A program made the translations under genes and the position numbers. DNA of 64,000 bases. It comes from Sphaeroforma arctica JP610 (taxonomy: Eukaryota). Numbering within the stretch: position 1 is the stretch's first letter; each line of letters begins with the position of its first letter. Positions 26,301 to 39,034 of the stretch are shown piece by piece. Under the pieces are notes generated by a model. That model saw nothing but the letters and a program-made list of their open reading frames with translations. It was not told where the DNA came from and did no database searches. The stretch lies in the NCBI RefSeq assembly GCF_001186125.1, contig NW_014040224.1, forward strand, positions 1 through 64,000. The letters run 5' to 3'.

Positions 26301-29300
26301 TGAGCTCACTACCATAATCATTAACTCATAATATATTTTCTCCTGTGCCATAGCCTCTGCTAAAAGAGCCTTCCTGTCCATCTGGAGAATGAAAGAGATA
26401 CATACAGCGCATGTAAATTATATGGTCTTTTTATGAAATAGCTATTGCCTGCAGTGCAATAATATCGACACAATCACCACCGATTGATCAGGAAATCTGC
26501 AACGTGATACAGCAATAGGAATCCTCCAGCGATCATAGTGAGATCGAAACCTCTTTACCTTCTTAGCAAGCGGTGGCGGTGCCTCTATATAGGGGATCAG
26601 AACATTGCCTAAACGCTTACACATTGGGCAGAGGAACTCGCCGACGTCTATGTTTTCGATATAATGCAGGGGCCTGCAGATTTCATAGGTGATCAGAAGA
26701 ATGTAAGGTAGAGCGCCAACATACAGAGATATACAATTCAGCGCAAAGCATACAGGTATGTGGGCGGGCACGAGGTACATTAAATGGTATATACGAGAAC
26801 ACAGAAAATCTACACCACATACGCTTCGTGTCGCGAAAGCTTGAGAGAATCGATGTAGCCCTCCAAACAATGATTGTGAACTGTGTGCCCACATCCGTCC
26901 ATGAACAATTCGGGACCGCAGGGAAGATTGTTGCGTGCCTGATTAAAGTTGTTTGGCTTCTTGTTCAAATTATTATTCAAGACATTCCGCATCACTGTAT
27001 GTATAACTCCGGATTCCTGTAATGCAATGTCATAAAAAAAAATTGGAAAGAAAAATGAGGCATCTAAAATTACCTAAAAATGTGATTTCTTTGCGAGCAA
27101 TTCTATATTATTTTATCAATCACTCCAAACCCAGAAAAAAAGTGCAACTACGGCCAGGGAACGAGCGAAGTCGCTACCAGGATCATAGCTTCAACTCACC
27201 CTCAAGCTTGCAGTTGGAATGTGTCTAAAATAAATAAATCATGAAAGCATTAACCCCGCAAGCATGCATGAAGTCATAGATTTTCTTCTTTTGATAATTA
27301 ACACAGAAATCTAAATTCATCAATTAAAACATCAAATTCATCAATTCAAGATAGTGCTGCTTAAAAGCAATTTTTAAATATGCAGACACGAACACACATA
27401 ACTTGGGACAAGCCCTTCGAATTGCCCAAATCAATACGGGCGGGATTGACGTGTATATGCTAAAGAAGATGAAACAAATCGGGCGCGTTACCTGGATGTA
27501 AGCGATAGCACTGATTGCTCTTCGGTTCGATACTTCCGGACATGATTGCATGTAAAGTTTATCGTCTTCTTGACACATGATACAAGTTACCACAGTCTCC
27601 GGATAGGCTGTCGATGAAAACACTTTATCGGTCTGCACGATATCAGTACGAATAGAAAATTTGACACAATTGGGTTATTATTGTGCGTGTTCGTGCAAGA
27701 TTTTACTTGAATAGCATTCAAAACAAAATAGATACCATCCAAGCAGTTCAATGATGCATGGACATGAGCCAACCGTCAGCGATGTCACACAAGACAGAAC
27801 GCACAAGAAGAATGATCAGAACAGGAAAACAGGATATACCGCGAAATTCAAGGTCGCTCTATAGCAATACAAACCTTGAACGCCGTCTTTCCCCCCTTGC
27901 TGTCAGATGAAGCCGAGCTGTGGTCCAGGAAGCTCTTCTGTTGTTTTGCCATCTTTTGCATGATGACGGCTCTTCGTTTCACAGCCTCTGCCTTGCGCAC
28001 ACGTTTCAGGGCGCGAGATCTGTGCGTAGGTAGTAAAGGTGTTAGATATTTTAGATATGCACTACGAAGCAGTTGCAGTACCTGATTTCAACATAAGTCG
28101 ACATACAACACAGAAAAGTCCGTTCGAGTTGTACTATCAATAAACTATTTGACTACACGCTCAAGTCGAACATTACAATCGGCACTTGATAGGACAGCCC
28201 ACTCTTGATATATGTGCATGCACTGTTATTCGCCCAGGTGTTACGTACTCTTCACTCTCCGCTTCCACACTACATTCTCTGAGGCGTTTCTTGATACCGA
28301 TCTCAGGTGTGGCTCCATTTCTTTTGGTCTCAACAGAATCATCGACACTACCATCGAAACCCAGACTCTGTGAGACGAACTTCAGTAGAGGCGCGAAGTC
28401 TCTCCCAAAGGGCCCAAGCTGACACTGATAGAAGCCAAAAAACGTCAATGATAAATAAGAAGTGGCATTGGCGCCTTCATGCATCATTCAACAGAAGAGG
28501 AATTACATATTGAAGAAAATAGAGGGGATTTTGTTCGGATCGCGCATATAAAGCATGTGCAAACGAATCGACATGCTAGCACATCAAATACGCCTCACCT
28601 GCCGTAGAACAGCGGCCAAAGATCCTCCACCATCAAGTAGTATTTTATTCAAAGCCTCAGTGAAAAGCATTACGCCACACAGCTCTTGCGCTCGAACAGC
28701 CAGTACCAAAATCCAGAAAACCTGTATACGCAGAACAGAAAACGAAGCATCCGAATTGATAAATGTTTTAAATCCGAATTTGCTTGCTCTGAAGCATATC
28801 AATAATACTGGAATTGTATTGGGCCCCACATTTGAAAAGCAAACGTGAAAAAAAAGCATTCACAAACAGACATCACAGTGTGTGGAGCTGCAGTCCAAAC
28901 AAATCAGCATTGACACGGGGGTAATACATCTGGTAAACGAAATTGTCCATAATCTCCAACTTACAGTTTGGGCAAGGGTTCCAGTCAACTGCGGATTTTC
29001 GCTCCTGCTGAGCCGAAGAACATGTGTGATAATGCAGAGGAATATTCTGCTCTTCAGCACCTTCAGAAACAAAAATGCTCCTGCAGCATCCACGCCCAGT
29101 GGAAACCTCTGCTCAAAAATCATACCAAAGAACGACATTTGGTAAGCAAGAAAAAGTAGAATGTAGAGAGCCATAGAAGTAATACCTGATACTATTCTGT
29201 AAGTGTGCATACACTTGTATTTTTTTTAAATGTGCATACACTTGTATTTTTTTTAAATGTGCATACACTTGTATTTTTTTAAATTGTGCATACACTGGTA

Positions 29301-32300
29301 ACTGTCAAGCTGGCTCTATGGAAAAATGCAACTCATATGCATACGTGGAAGTAGTTCGCGCCCTCTCCCTCGTCTTTTGCCATCGAAAGAACTTTCTTCA
29401 TCGCCTCATCTCTCTCAGTATTGCAGAAGTGCGCGAAATGTGGCGTAAATTGATAATGATACCGTGCCAACAGCGAGTAAGTTTTTCGCGTGTTCCCCCT
29501 AAATTGATTGTAGATGAAAGCAAATAACCAATTAGCCAGTCGAATTCTCGGTTTCTGCTCAATCGTAGTTTAAACACTAATCGCCGTAGTGTACCAGGTC
29601 CAGTAGAGGGATACTTGTGTGCGCTAAGTCCCAAGGCCGAATAGACAATTGAAAATAACAAGTAAGAATATTCAAGACAAAGAACGAGGGTGACACGACA
29701 TGAGTGCACCTAGATTGAACGGTCACACGATGATTTGGACACGCGACATCATCAAATACCGTTTTCGATCATCGTGTTCGCTCATCGTACTCAAAGCAGC
29801 ATCGAAAACTTCCTTGTCGAAGAAGTCACCACACCTCTCCGCTAGAGTGCTGTAGAGTGCAGGTTTCAGCATCAGCCATTGGATGATATCTCGGGCAAGG
29901 GCTGTGGACAAGGGAGTATGTACAATCGTAAAAAAAAATCAGTAATCCACAGGTACGAGAAATAATAATAATACAATCAATAGGCAACCTACAAATTAAG
30001 GTATAATAAACTTACGTTCCGACACCCGAGTTTCCAGCATGGTGGAGATGATTAGGTGAAACATGTCCGCCAGCAGGAGGTTGACGGACACCCACTCAGT
30101 CTGACGTTCGAACAAAGACGTTTCAACAGCGTCATCCCAATCGTTTTCTTCCACAGCCTATTGCCCAAATAAGGTAGGAAAACCGGATGTCAATTTCAAA
30201 TACGAATTTGCAATTGGCACAGGTAAAAATTATAGTTTCAATTTGTCACTAAACTAAGAGCTCAAGAACACGCGAGACGAGAAAATAAAACTTACTCGTT
30301 CACTTTATAAACCTTTCCCCACACACGACGTCGCCATGGAATTATAGACATCAGACGTACCTTAAGTAAAAACCGCCGAGCGCTGAATGCTTGAAGTAAC
30401 TCCAATGCAATTGAATCTGAATTTTCGGCCTGGCATTCGAACATCATTTGCAAAAGACGCATCTGAGGTTCGTAAAGCATCTGTCTCATTTCATGTCGAT
30501 ATCTCGAAGCCTGAGTGTCAGTAGTAATTTGAAAATGTTAGAACCCTCATTGAAGCTCACGCTCACAATCTTATATCGACCGATGCATATAGCTTATACA
30601 AACTAAGCAGCTCAAACTTTAAAGCAAAACGATATACAACGTAAACAATATGCCCATGAAACACATGCACGCGGGCGCAAAATAACATGCATCCATATGT
30701 TGCAAGCCTATGAATGAATGAAATTGTGACGTTATGCGACTCACCACTTCTCGAGGCGGGTTGCCATTTCGCACCCACAAATTAGCAGACACCTGACTTC
30801 TGAAGGCCAAAGCATTCACCAGGTCACGAATAATATCGGAGACTACTGGTGTATTTTGTGTCCGTAGCAGCGGCCACAGCAGCGATACGTTCTTAGTTTT
30901 AACTTCGAAAACATCGATGAGGGCTACAAACGTTAGAAACACATACGAATATTAGATCGGGGTTAGATTCTGAACAAAACCTAGTTTCATTCTCGAAAAA
31001 TCAAAATATATTGATAAAAAAATTACAATCGCGACCGCAGTGGGAGCTGCAGAAATACATGCAGAGTACAATAGTTCATAACTTTCGAAACAAAGGGCAC
31101 ACAATGTCTGAACTATATTTACACACAGGCTGAAGTGAATATACCAATAAACCAAAAATAGTCATAGAGTAGTCGGCACGTGACATACCGCTCAAAAGCT
31201 GATGCAAGGGTAGATACACGGTAAAAATCACTTTGTATGGGGCCGATTTATCACGTCGCTGCAATCGTTTACGCGTCGCTCCGATATGACCCACACACGC
31301 GCGGATGGAGTAAACAAGAGCAGAAGTATTCCTAAAAAAAATGAACACATTAATACGATCACACGTTAGTATATGCTGTAGCTGCCAAATCTACTAATCG
31401 ATAGCAAATAAACCCAAGGCGATTCACACAGACTGAGAAGCCACAATTAAAAAACAGTAGATAGATTTTGCCATTGAAAAGCAACCTAATAAATTACGAA
31501 CATTGGCTTCAAACTATGATGTCTAGAGCCTATCGCGCGATTTGATGCATAAAACCGACTACATATACCCGTTCACAAAAAGCACAAGTAGTATTATTAT
31601 TGCACAAAACCTCCATCTATCATAAAATACATACACCAACTCTGAACATACTCGGAAACATATCCAACAAAGCTAGCGATAAGTCTGGCCAGGGCCATCG
31701 CGCGGTCGAACGCCAAGCGAAAGGCCTCGCTTTCATACGCCACGTGTGGCATATCTCTGCTTATTCTTGCTTGGCCGTCAATAGCCTGCGTGAGCAGAAA
31801 CGGATTTCAAATTTCAGTAGTAAAAAAAAAGGTTTAACGAGAGCAGACTCACAAGATTCGGTACGGATATAATTATAATCAAACAATTTCAGGTCAAGGG
31901 CGCAAGGCATATATATACGAATCAGTGGCAGTTGCAATAGGCAGCTTCAATCAATGGCCAAACTTAGCACACCAAATTAGAATGAGTCAGTACATGCATG
32001 GCAACGCACACAGACAGTATGAACACGAAGGAGCGCTTAGTTACTCCAAAATCAATTGCACAGAGACTTCACACTTCAGTAATAGATGTTTGATATACGG
32101 GCAAGATTAGACTTGTAAGATTTCAAACCTGGAACATGCGAATGATATCCAATATACTGTCGATAAAGAGAATCACGTGCGGAGCAGGAAGGTTGATGGT
32201 ATCCATCCAGCTCTTCGCGCTGCTCACTTTACAGCTGCGTTTTGGTCGAGTATTCTTTTTAAAAATCTCTGAAAGGTAGAAATATGACTCATTAGTCATC

Positions 32301-35300
32301 GATAAAAAACAAGCATAAAACCTCCAAATAAAGTAGTAGTGATTGAAAGAGTAACATGGTCGAGGAAAATCGAGCAACAACACCGCTAGCGCACGATAAT
32401 CAAGCACACGACGAGCTTCATGGTAATTTGACTCCACGAAACACAGTGCATAATCCTCATACACGAACCTTTTTTGTCCCACGGAAGTTTCCCCAGAGAG
32501 CGCAGTATATATGACAAGTCTTCAAGCATGAAATTACCCCTGGACAACGTGTCGACGAGCTTGTCCGTGTCCAGTGTATCCAGCATGGGATTGACATATG
32601 GTGCCAGAGTCTCCTATATGTCGGATAGTACCAGAAAAAGGCAGACACGAGAGCGACCCAGTGTAAGAATATTTGAGAACACGTTTTCTATGTTTGCGTG
32701 TCAATACGCATCGGCTGAAGTGAGTGTGCATACATCAATGCGTATACGAAATCATTTTACACCCACCCAAACGGACGTTGCACCTAACACAAAAGATATG
32801 GGGAAGGAGCCCAACTAAGGTGAACTCCATTGGATATGAACGATATCACCTCAAGCCATAACGCATGCGCAAACATATCAGAAGTGTCATAAAAACTCAC
32901 AAGAATAGCAGTGGTGACGCGCATAGCTAGACCTTTCTCCCCTTGTACAATTGCAGGACTCGTCAGGAATTGTACAGTCAAGGCGAGGCAGCTATGATCA
33001 TACTTGAACCGTTTCTGCATGAATTGGCTCTGAATCTGCCCATAATTGTTTAGCAGTGCATACGCCAGCACCCTGCAAATTTAAAACGAGATTGGGTCAT
33101 CAGAATGTCATGTAGTATAACAGCTGATGAAATACGATACTATTTCATTTCATTGCAGCAGATATCAAAAAATTAAAAACACAAACAGAGCTGATGGAAT
33201 TTGTAAGGTGTATACTCCGCTTTAACCATGAAACGGGATTGTGCCATGAGCAAGTTGTGAAGTATAGCAGTTGGACAAGTTCAACGATACGCCAGCCTTT
33301 TCATTGCAGGTAACAGAAATTAAGAACTCAGAGACCGATGAAATTTATCGGAAGTGGAAATTCCACTTCAGCCTCATCTGGCCCCTCTGAAACGTAAAAT
33401 GACACCCCATACTATCCGAGTATGAAATAAAGAACGACCCAAAATTACCTCCGTTTGTGTGGTACGATCAGCAAACTAGTGAAGTAGAGACTATTGATAG
33501 CTTTACGTAAACCTTTCCAATATTTGTCCTCATTGACCAAACGAGTTTGGAGATTCGTTTGCAAAGCATCGCACACGTACTCACGCAGCAGAGGGTGTTC
33601 TCGGCAAATCTCCGATAACCAATCAATTCCTTGCACAATACATTCTTCCTGTGTTTGGTCAAGGAAGTGAAAAATTTGCATTATGCGGATGCCATTTGCC
33701 ATCACATGCCTTAATTAGATCCGATAAAATACTGACACTTGGAAAACGGCGCGCTTAAAACTCTGGAACAAAGTCGCCGAAGTAAATTTCTTTGCATGAG
33801 ATAGCATAGATGGCGCTTCATACCTGCACTGCCACGTTCAGCTCCACCACGCGATACTTGATGCCGTCAATTGTACTCTGCATCAATCGCTTCACTACTG
33901 AATCGTCAATTTTACCCACAAAGACAACTGCACGACCCTCACTGGTGACACGGGTGGCTAGTCTAGTACTCTCGGCTTCCGCGTACCCAAGAGTCATTCT
34001 AGAAGAATCAGAGTGAACATCAGACATTAAGAAACCTCCGCGAAACTGTACAGATATCCACCGAAAAGGCTATGGACCCTCTAGAGTTGTAGTCGAACTC
34101 AAAAGCTGACTCCTTCTCGTGATTCCAAAGAATACTGAGTTAGTGAAAATAAAGCGTAAAAAAACTGGGAACCAATTTTCACGAACGTCGATCGTAAATA
34201 TACTTACTTCATGTGAAGGGCTATCATGGCTGGGTAGCCATTGCTGACAAATGTTGCGACAACAGCATATCGCTTGGAAGTATTGGTTTTCATCTGTGAT
34301 TTGTAAAAACAGCAACCAGTGTTGCACCCTGTTGGAAAAAAAATTGATCAATTGAAAATTGCTTGATACCTATCCAACGGCACATAAGTTGCTGGAACGC
34401 GTCTCCAGACTTGAAGACATGTGTATGTTATCGCATGCGGATTCGCCTACAGACCTAAATAAATAAAGGAGTGCAGTTTACTGCCTCCAAGAAAGCGCTC
34501 CACATTGGGTATCCCTCTATCCGCGCGTCGTGCGACACCAGGGTAGCATTATTGAATAGCGAGCTCTAACACCAGACTGGCATAATGATACAGGGAGAAC
34601 AAACCAAGACACTTACTCACTACCCATACCACGCGCTAACATACCGGCCATGGCATTGTCGATAAAGTGTACCACGTCGTTGATAGTATCTTTCCAGAAC
34701 TTTTTGACAAAATACGGAGCCTCTGGCTTCTTAAGAACCTCGGCTGTTCCGATGTGCAGACTACAATGAGTATGGGCGGTCCATGCTTCTTCAATCCCAC
34801 AACTACATACACCCCCCGACGAGGTGACAGTTTCAGACTGATGGAACTTGTGTTCGCTCATTTCAAAGCATGGAGAACACAAGGCGCTTGTGGGCATGCT
34901 TTCACACTCCAGACATCGGTAAATACTTTCTTCAGGACTGACAGTCTTGCCGCACTTCACACTCCCTCTCATCTTTTCGTCGTGAGTCAATCCTTGGATG
35001 TGTATTTTGCAGTGCACATGGTCACTCCATGCATCCACATCTCCACAATCGCAAGTGCCTTCGGTCATTGTATCTACTTCGAAATTGTGGTCTTTGTGTT
35101 CACTCGCTTGAAAGCACGGCAAACACAAACAGCACGTTTCGTCTATCTCACAGTCTTTACATCTTACTGCGGGCATGCCCGGTGTCAGTTCCTTCCCACA
35201 CATTGTGGCCACATTTTTAGTAGGGTTGTTCACACCATCATCATTCGTACTATTCCCCACTGCGTCAACATCGGCCTCCACCGCTACAGACTTCGCCCCA

Positions 35301-36991
35301 TCGGAGTGTACATAAGCGCTGGCATGCTCATTGCAACTAGGATGAGCGCGCCACGCATCCGGATTGCCGCAATCACAAAGACCCCTGGTGCCCGCGGGCA
35401 GCGCTTTGTAATTGTGATTTTTGTGCACCGAGTTGTGGAAGCATGTCGCACACATTGCACATGTCTCGTTCACTCCGCAATCTGCGCATGAATAGCACAG
35501 CTCAGTCTTGGTAAATTCTCTTCCGCAGAAGCGCATCGCATTTTCGTCGCCTTCTTCTCCACCAGTTGGTCGCATGCTATAAAATTCAGGCTCAAAGGAT
35601 ATCTTTGATAGCGCTGCGACCACTTCCATATGAGCGGGCTCCTTCCCTTTCTTCAAGTTCCCTTTACTGCCACCACTCGCCGGTTGATCTGTCCTTTCTC
35701 GTGCTAAGGTATTCCTGGTCCTACTAGTATTTCTTTTTGTTTCAGAAACAGCGGGGCTATCAACAGCGGGAACCGATTTCCTATCCTGGGCCGCCAACCG
35801 CAAAGTAAAAGCGCGAGTGACTGGTGGCAATATATCTTGGACGCTCGTTAGTACAGTCACAGTTGGCAGCGCGTCCACGATGTTTCTGTACCTGGGTATG
35901 TAACGGATTTTGAAGTACGTGAGCAAATAAAATATAATTGTACAAATCAGGATGACACGATCGGTATACAGGGACGGCGAGATTGGCATTAGAAAGGACA
36001 GGTGAACTTGCATGTTTGCGAGATGCTAGCTTGAGCAGATGCAATATCCAGGCCAACTAACTTAGGTATATTTTTCTTATAGACTTAATATTATCCAAGC
36101 TCTTGTACTTCTACCTATGTGATGGTGTGCATCGATGAAATTGAAGCGGAAAGCATACATAAAGCTCACTATTGCAACGTGCTATCATATTTGTTGAAGC
36201 CAAACCACGGAAGCGACAAAATGTCAGGTACCAGCAACAAAAGTACGCTACAATGCAAACTTGTATAAATCAGTCGTGTTCTGCAAAAACCTACCATAAA
36301 CAGGATATCTATACGAGCAGGATTCGCACAAAGGCATATCTGTCGTCTATCACACAAAACGATACGCAATCAAGAGATGGAACCAGACACGCGAAAGGTG
36401 CTTAACCCTAAGAGAGAAAATAAATCCGTGTCCGAATTATAACTAAATTTTGCATACATTTCGGACAGCGTAGTTGCACCTCGTTGTTGCGTGATTTCGG
36501 ACACCTCTCCTATCATTTTGAGCACAACGATTGCAAGCAAGACGTGTGCTCGATAGCTACTCTAAAAATAGGTAAAACTAAGTCTGTATGCAGCATATCT
36601 CCGATTCTAACCATACTAATAGCACTATCAAAAGAAAACAAGTGACATACTCGATGTAGTAGTCTGCTATGAACTTTGTGATCCACGCAGCCAGGGGTTT
36701 GTTGTCATACACAGAGTTCAAACTGGTCGATCTGTTCCACGGTCTCTGAGCCGACCCTATACCCAGCCCTTCCATAAACGCAGACACGGCTGGCGAGTGC
36801 TGTGCTATGTTCCCAGGAATGGCCATTCCCAACTGTCCCAAGGCTCCCAGGTTAAACCCTATTTGGGCCATCCCTCCCCCCTGCCCAGGAAATGGTAGCA
36901 GCCCTGTAGGCATACCCATGCCTATGGGGGCAAGTATGTCCATGGCGTCAAACTCATCGTCGTCGTCGAAATCATCGTCAGAGAAGTCCAT
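23397..36991 (-). CDS. UBR1/UBR2/UBR3-family N-recognin E3 ubiquitin ligase, multi-exon
   Basis: Three UBR boxes; ClpS-like segment (..TRVTSEGRAVV); WVRNG motif; split RING (CIMCQE..CGHTVHNHC..GEFLCPMCKRLGN); C-terminal ALCMLCG..HAATCGNGLGVFL..PYIDSHGE domain; ATG at 36991, stop at 23397. Not all exon borders were traced. Confidence 0.95.
29204..29296. repeat. 27-bp intronic tandem repeat, ~3.5 copies
   Basis: TGTGCATACACTTGTATTTTTTTTAAA starts at 29204, 29231, 29258 and 29285. Confidence 0.9.
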
Positions 36992-37518
36992 TGCAGCAGG
37001 CCTTAACGGTATTGATGTGTTAGGTGTGCCTATCTCCTAACCAGTACTAAAGTATGTATGCACGCGTAAAAGATTCAAAAGTTAAAGCTACATAAGTTAG
37101 ATATTTTAGCCTTAAAAGTTTGATATATTCTCGAGTATTTATATACGTGTGCATATATAGATATGTACATATATTAGACCCAACACTCGCAAGAGTGTGA
37201 TACATGACATCATCAATTTTTTTTTGTATTTCATATATGTATCGCGCGCAGCAAACACTATATGCCCCCTAAAGTCTAAACTACTGCTGGAGAGGGAGAA
37301 GCCCGGGCTAGGAGGGCAAGAGGGCACAGTGCACACGATTACAGGGTTTGAGTCAGAGGTGTGAACCATAGAATCTCCAGAAAAGATCGGATTAAGAGAG
37401 CCAATACACCTTGTAAGGATCGGGGCTAGGTCCTGGCAACAGAAGACAAGGGCGCGCGTAGCAATAGTACGGCCTATTGTGATTGATAGTATCTCTCGCG
37501 AAGTCTTGCCACATACTT

Positions 37519-37810
37519 AGTCTTTCGTCAGACGCCCGTGCCTGAAATATATCACAACATAAGCTTCTTTATGTGTTATCTATGGGCACCAAAAGACGTT
37601 TTGACTTAATTATCGATATAAAGCACGAATCATACAACAATAATCGAACAATGCAGACTACTCTGCTTCGCAAATCTTTATTAAACCGGGTATCCTGTTT
37701 ACCAGTTCTTTCCTTCTCCCCCTCAGAACATTCACCTCTGATTCAAAAGCACTAAGGTCGATGCCATCCATTTCCAGGAGAAGCTTGGTGAGAGTCTCAC
37801 CGAGCTCGAG
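37519..37810 (-). pseudogene. Diverged tandem duplicate of the BAG gene 3' end
   Basis: 37519-37810 closely matches 37811-38107, with small indels in the coding part. Confidence 0.85.
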
Positions 37811-37954
37811 AGTCTTTCGTCAGACGCCCGTACCTGAAATCTCTCACAACATGAAATCTTCTTTATGTGTGGTTATCTATGGGCACCAAAAGACTTTTTG
37901 ATTTAATTATCGATATAAAGCACGAATCATACAACAATAATCGAACAATGCAGA

Positions 37955-38436
37955 CTAATCTGCTTCGCAAATCTTTATTAAACCGAGTATCCTGTTTACC
38001 AGTTCTTTCCTTCTCCCCCTCAGAACATCGTCCTCTAATTCACAAGCACTAAGGTCGATGCCATCCATTTCCAGGAGAAGCTTTGTGAGAGTCTCGCCGA
38101 GCTCGAGCGTTTTATTGGGAGTAGCTGCTTCTGTACCTACTAGAGGCGCAATTTTGTTCACGTCCGCTTCAAACAGTCGAAGTCGTCGGGCGATATCCAT
38201 CAGCTTAGCCCACTGAGCATCGACCTGAAACGAAACAAATTGTGCTTTTAATAGTAGTTGTATGAACGGGACGCTTTAGATTTTTGTTAAGCAGCACAAG
38301 GGTTTCCGGTTGTGATCAGCTTATTTGAAGGCCCGACGCAAAAGATAATGATACATATATATATATATATATACATACATACATACATACACATACATAC
38401 ACACACACACACACACTATATATATATATATATATA

Positions 38437-38471
<35 letters not shown>

Positions 38472-38736
38472 TATATATATAGATAGATATATATATATAT
38501 GGACATAAATATGTATTGCTCACCTGGCCCATAACTGTCACCTTTGAGCTGCTATTGATCTTGAAGACGTCCGCGTCGTGGTCTACCTTGACCCCTCCTT
38601 TACATATAACTGTCAATTTATCAACAGGTATCTTGGTTTGCGTTGAAACACTCCGTTTAAGAGCAGTAGCACCCTTCGATGGATCAAAGGTCAGAGGGTA
38701 ACTCTGCCTACCATGCTTGACTGTGATTGCAATCAT
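37955..38736 (-). CDS. BAG1: BAG1-like co-chaperone (ubiquitin-like plus BAG domain)
   Basis: Exon 38736-38524 encodes a UBL domain ([28 protein letters not shown]). Exon 38224-37955 encodes a BAG domain ([29 protein letters not shown]). An extra upstream exon is possible. Confidence 0.85.
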
Positions 38737-39034
38737 CCGTTTCTGCACATCGGACCTTGGCGAATTGGTATTTGGTTCTCTGCTCTGGTGGGATCAATAA
38801 TTAAATATATGCTATTGATTTAAAAATACGCCTCAGAAAAAAAATACAGGCAGAAGGCTACGATTTGGGTTTGGAACTACAAAAATACCAAATGTAGCTT
38901 CCTAAAATAAACAAAAAAAATCAAAAACAATGCGTGTCTTTGTTCTGCTATAAATAAAATTATATCCAGAGAAGTTCAAATATATCTGAACAAAGGAGAT
39001 ATCTCCTGTTTGTAATACATGTTCAAAGACGAGG

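Noticed and set aside
34667..35491. 274-aa plus-strand ORF
   Set aside because: Antisense shadow of the UBR-box exon, with no independent motif.
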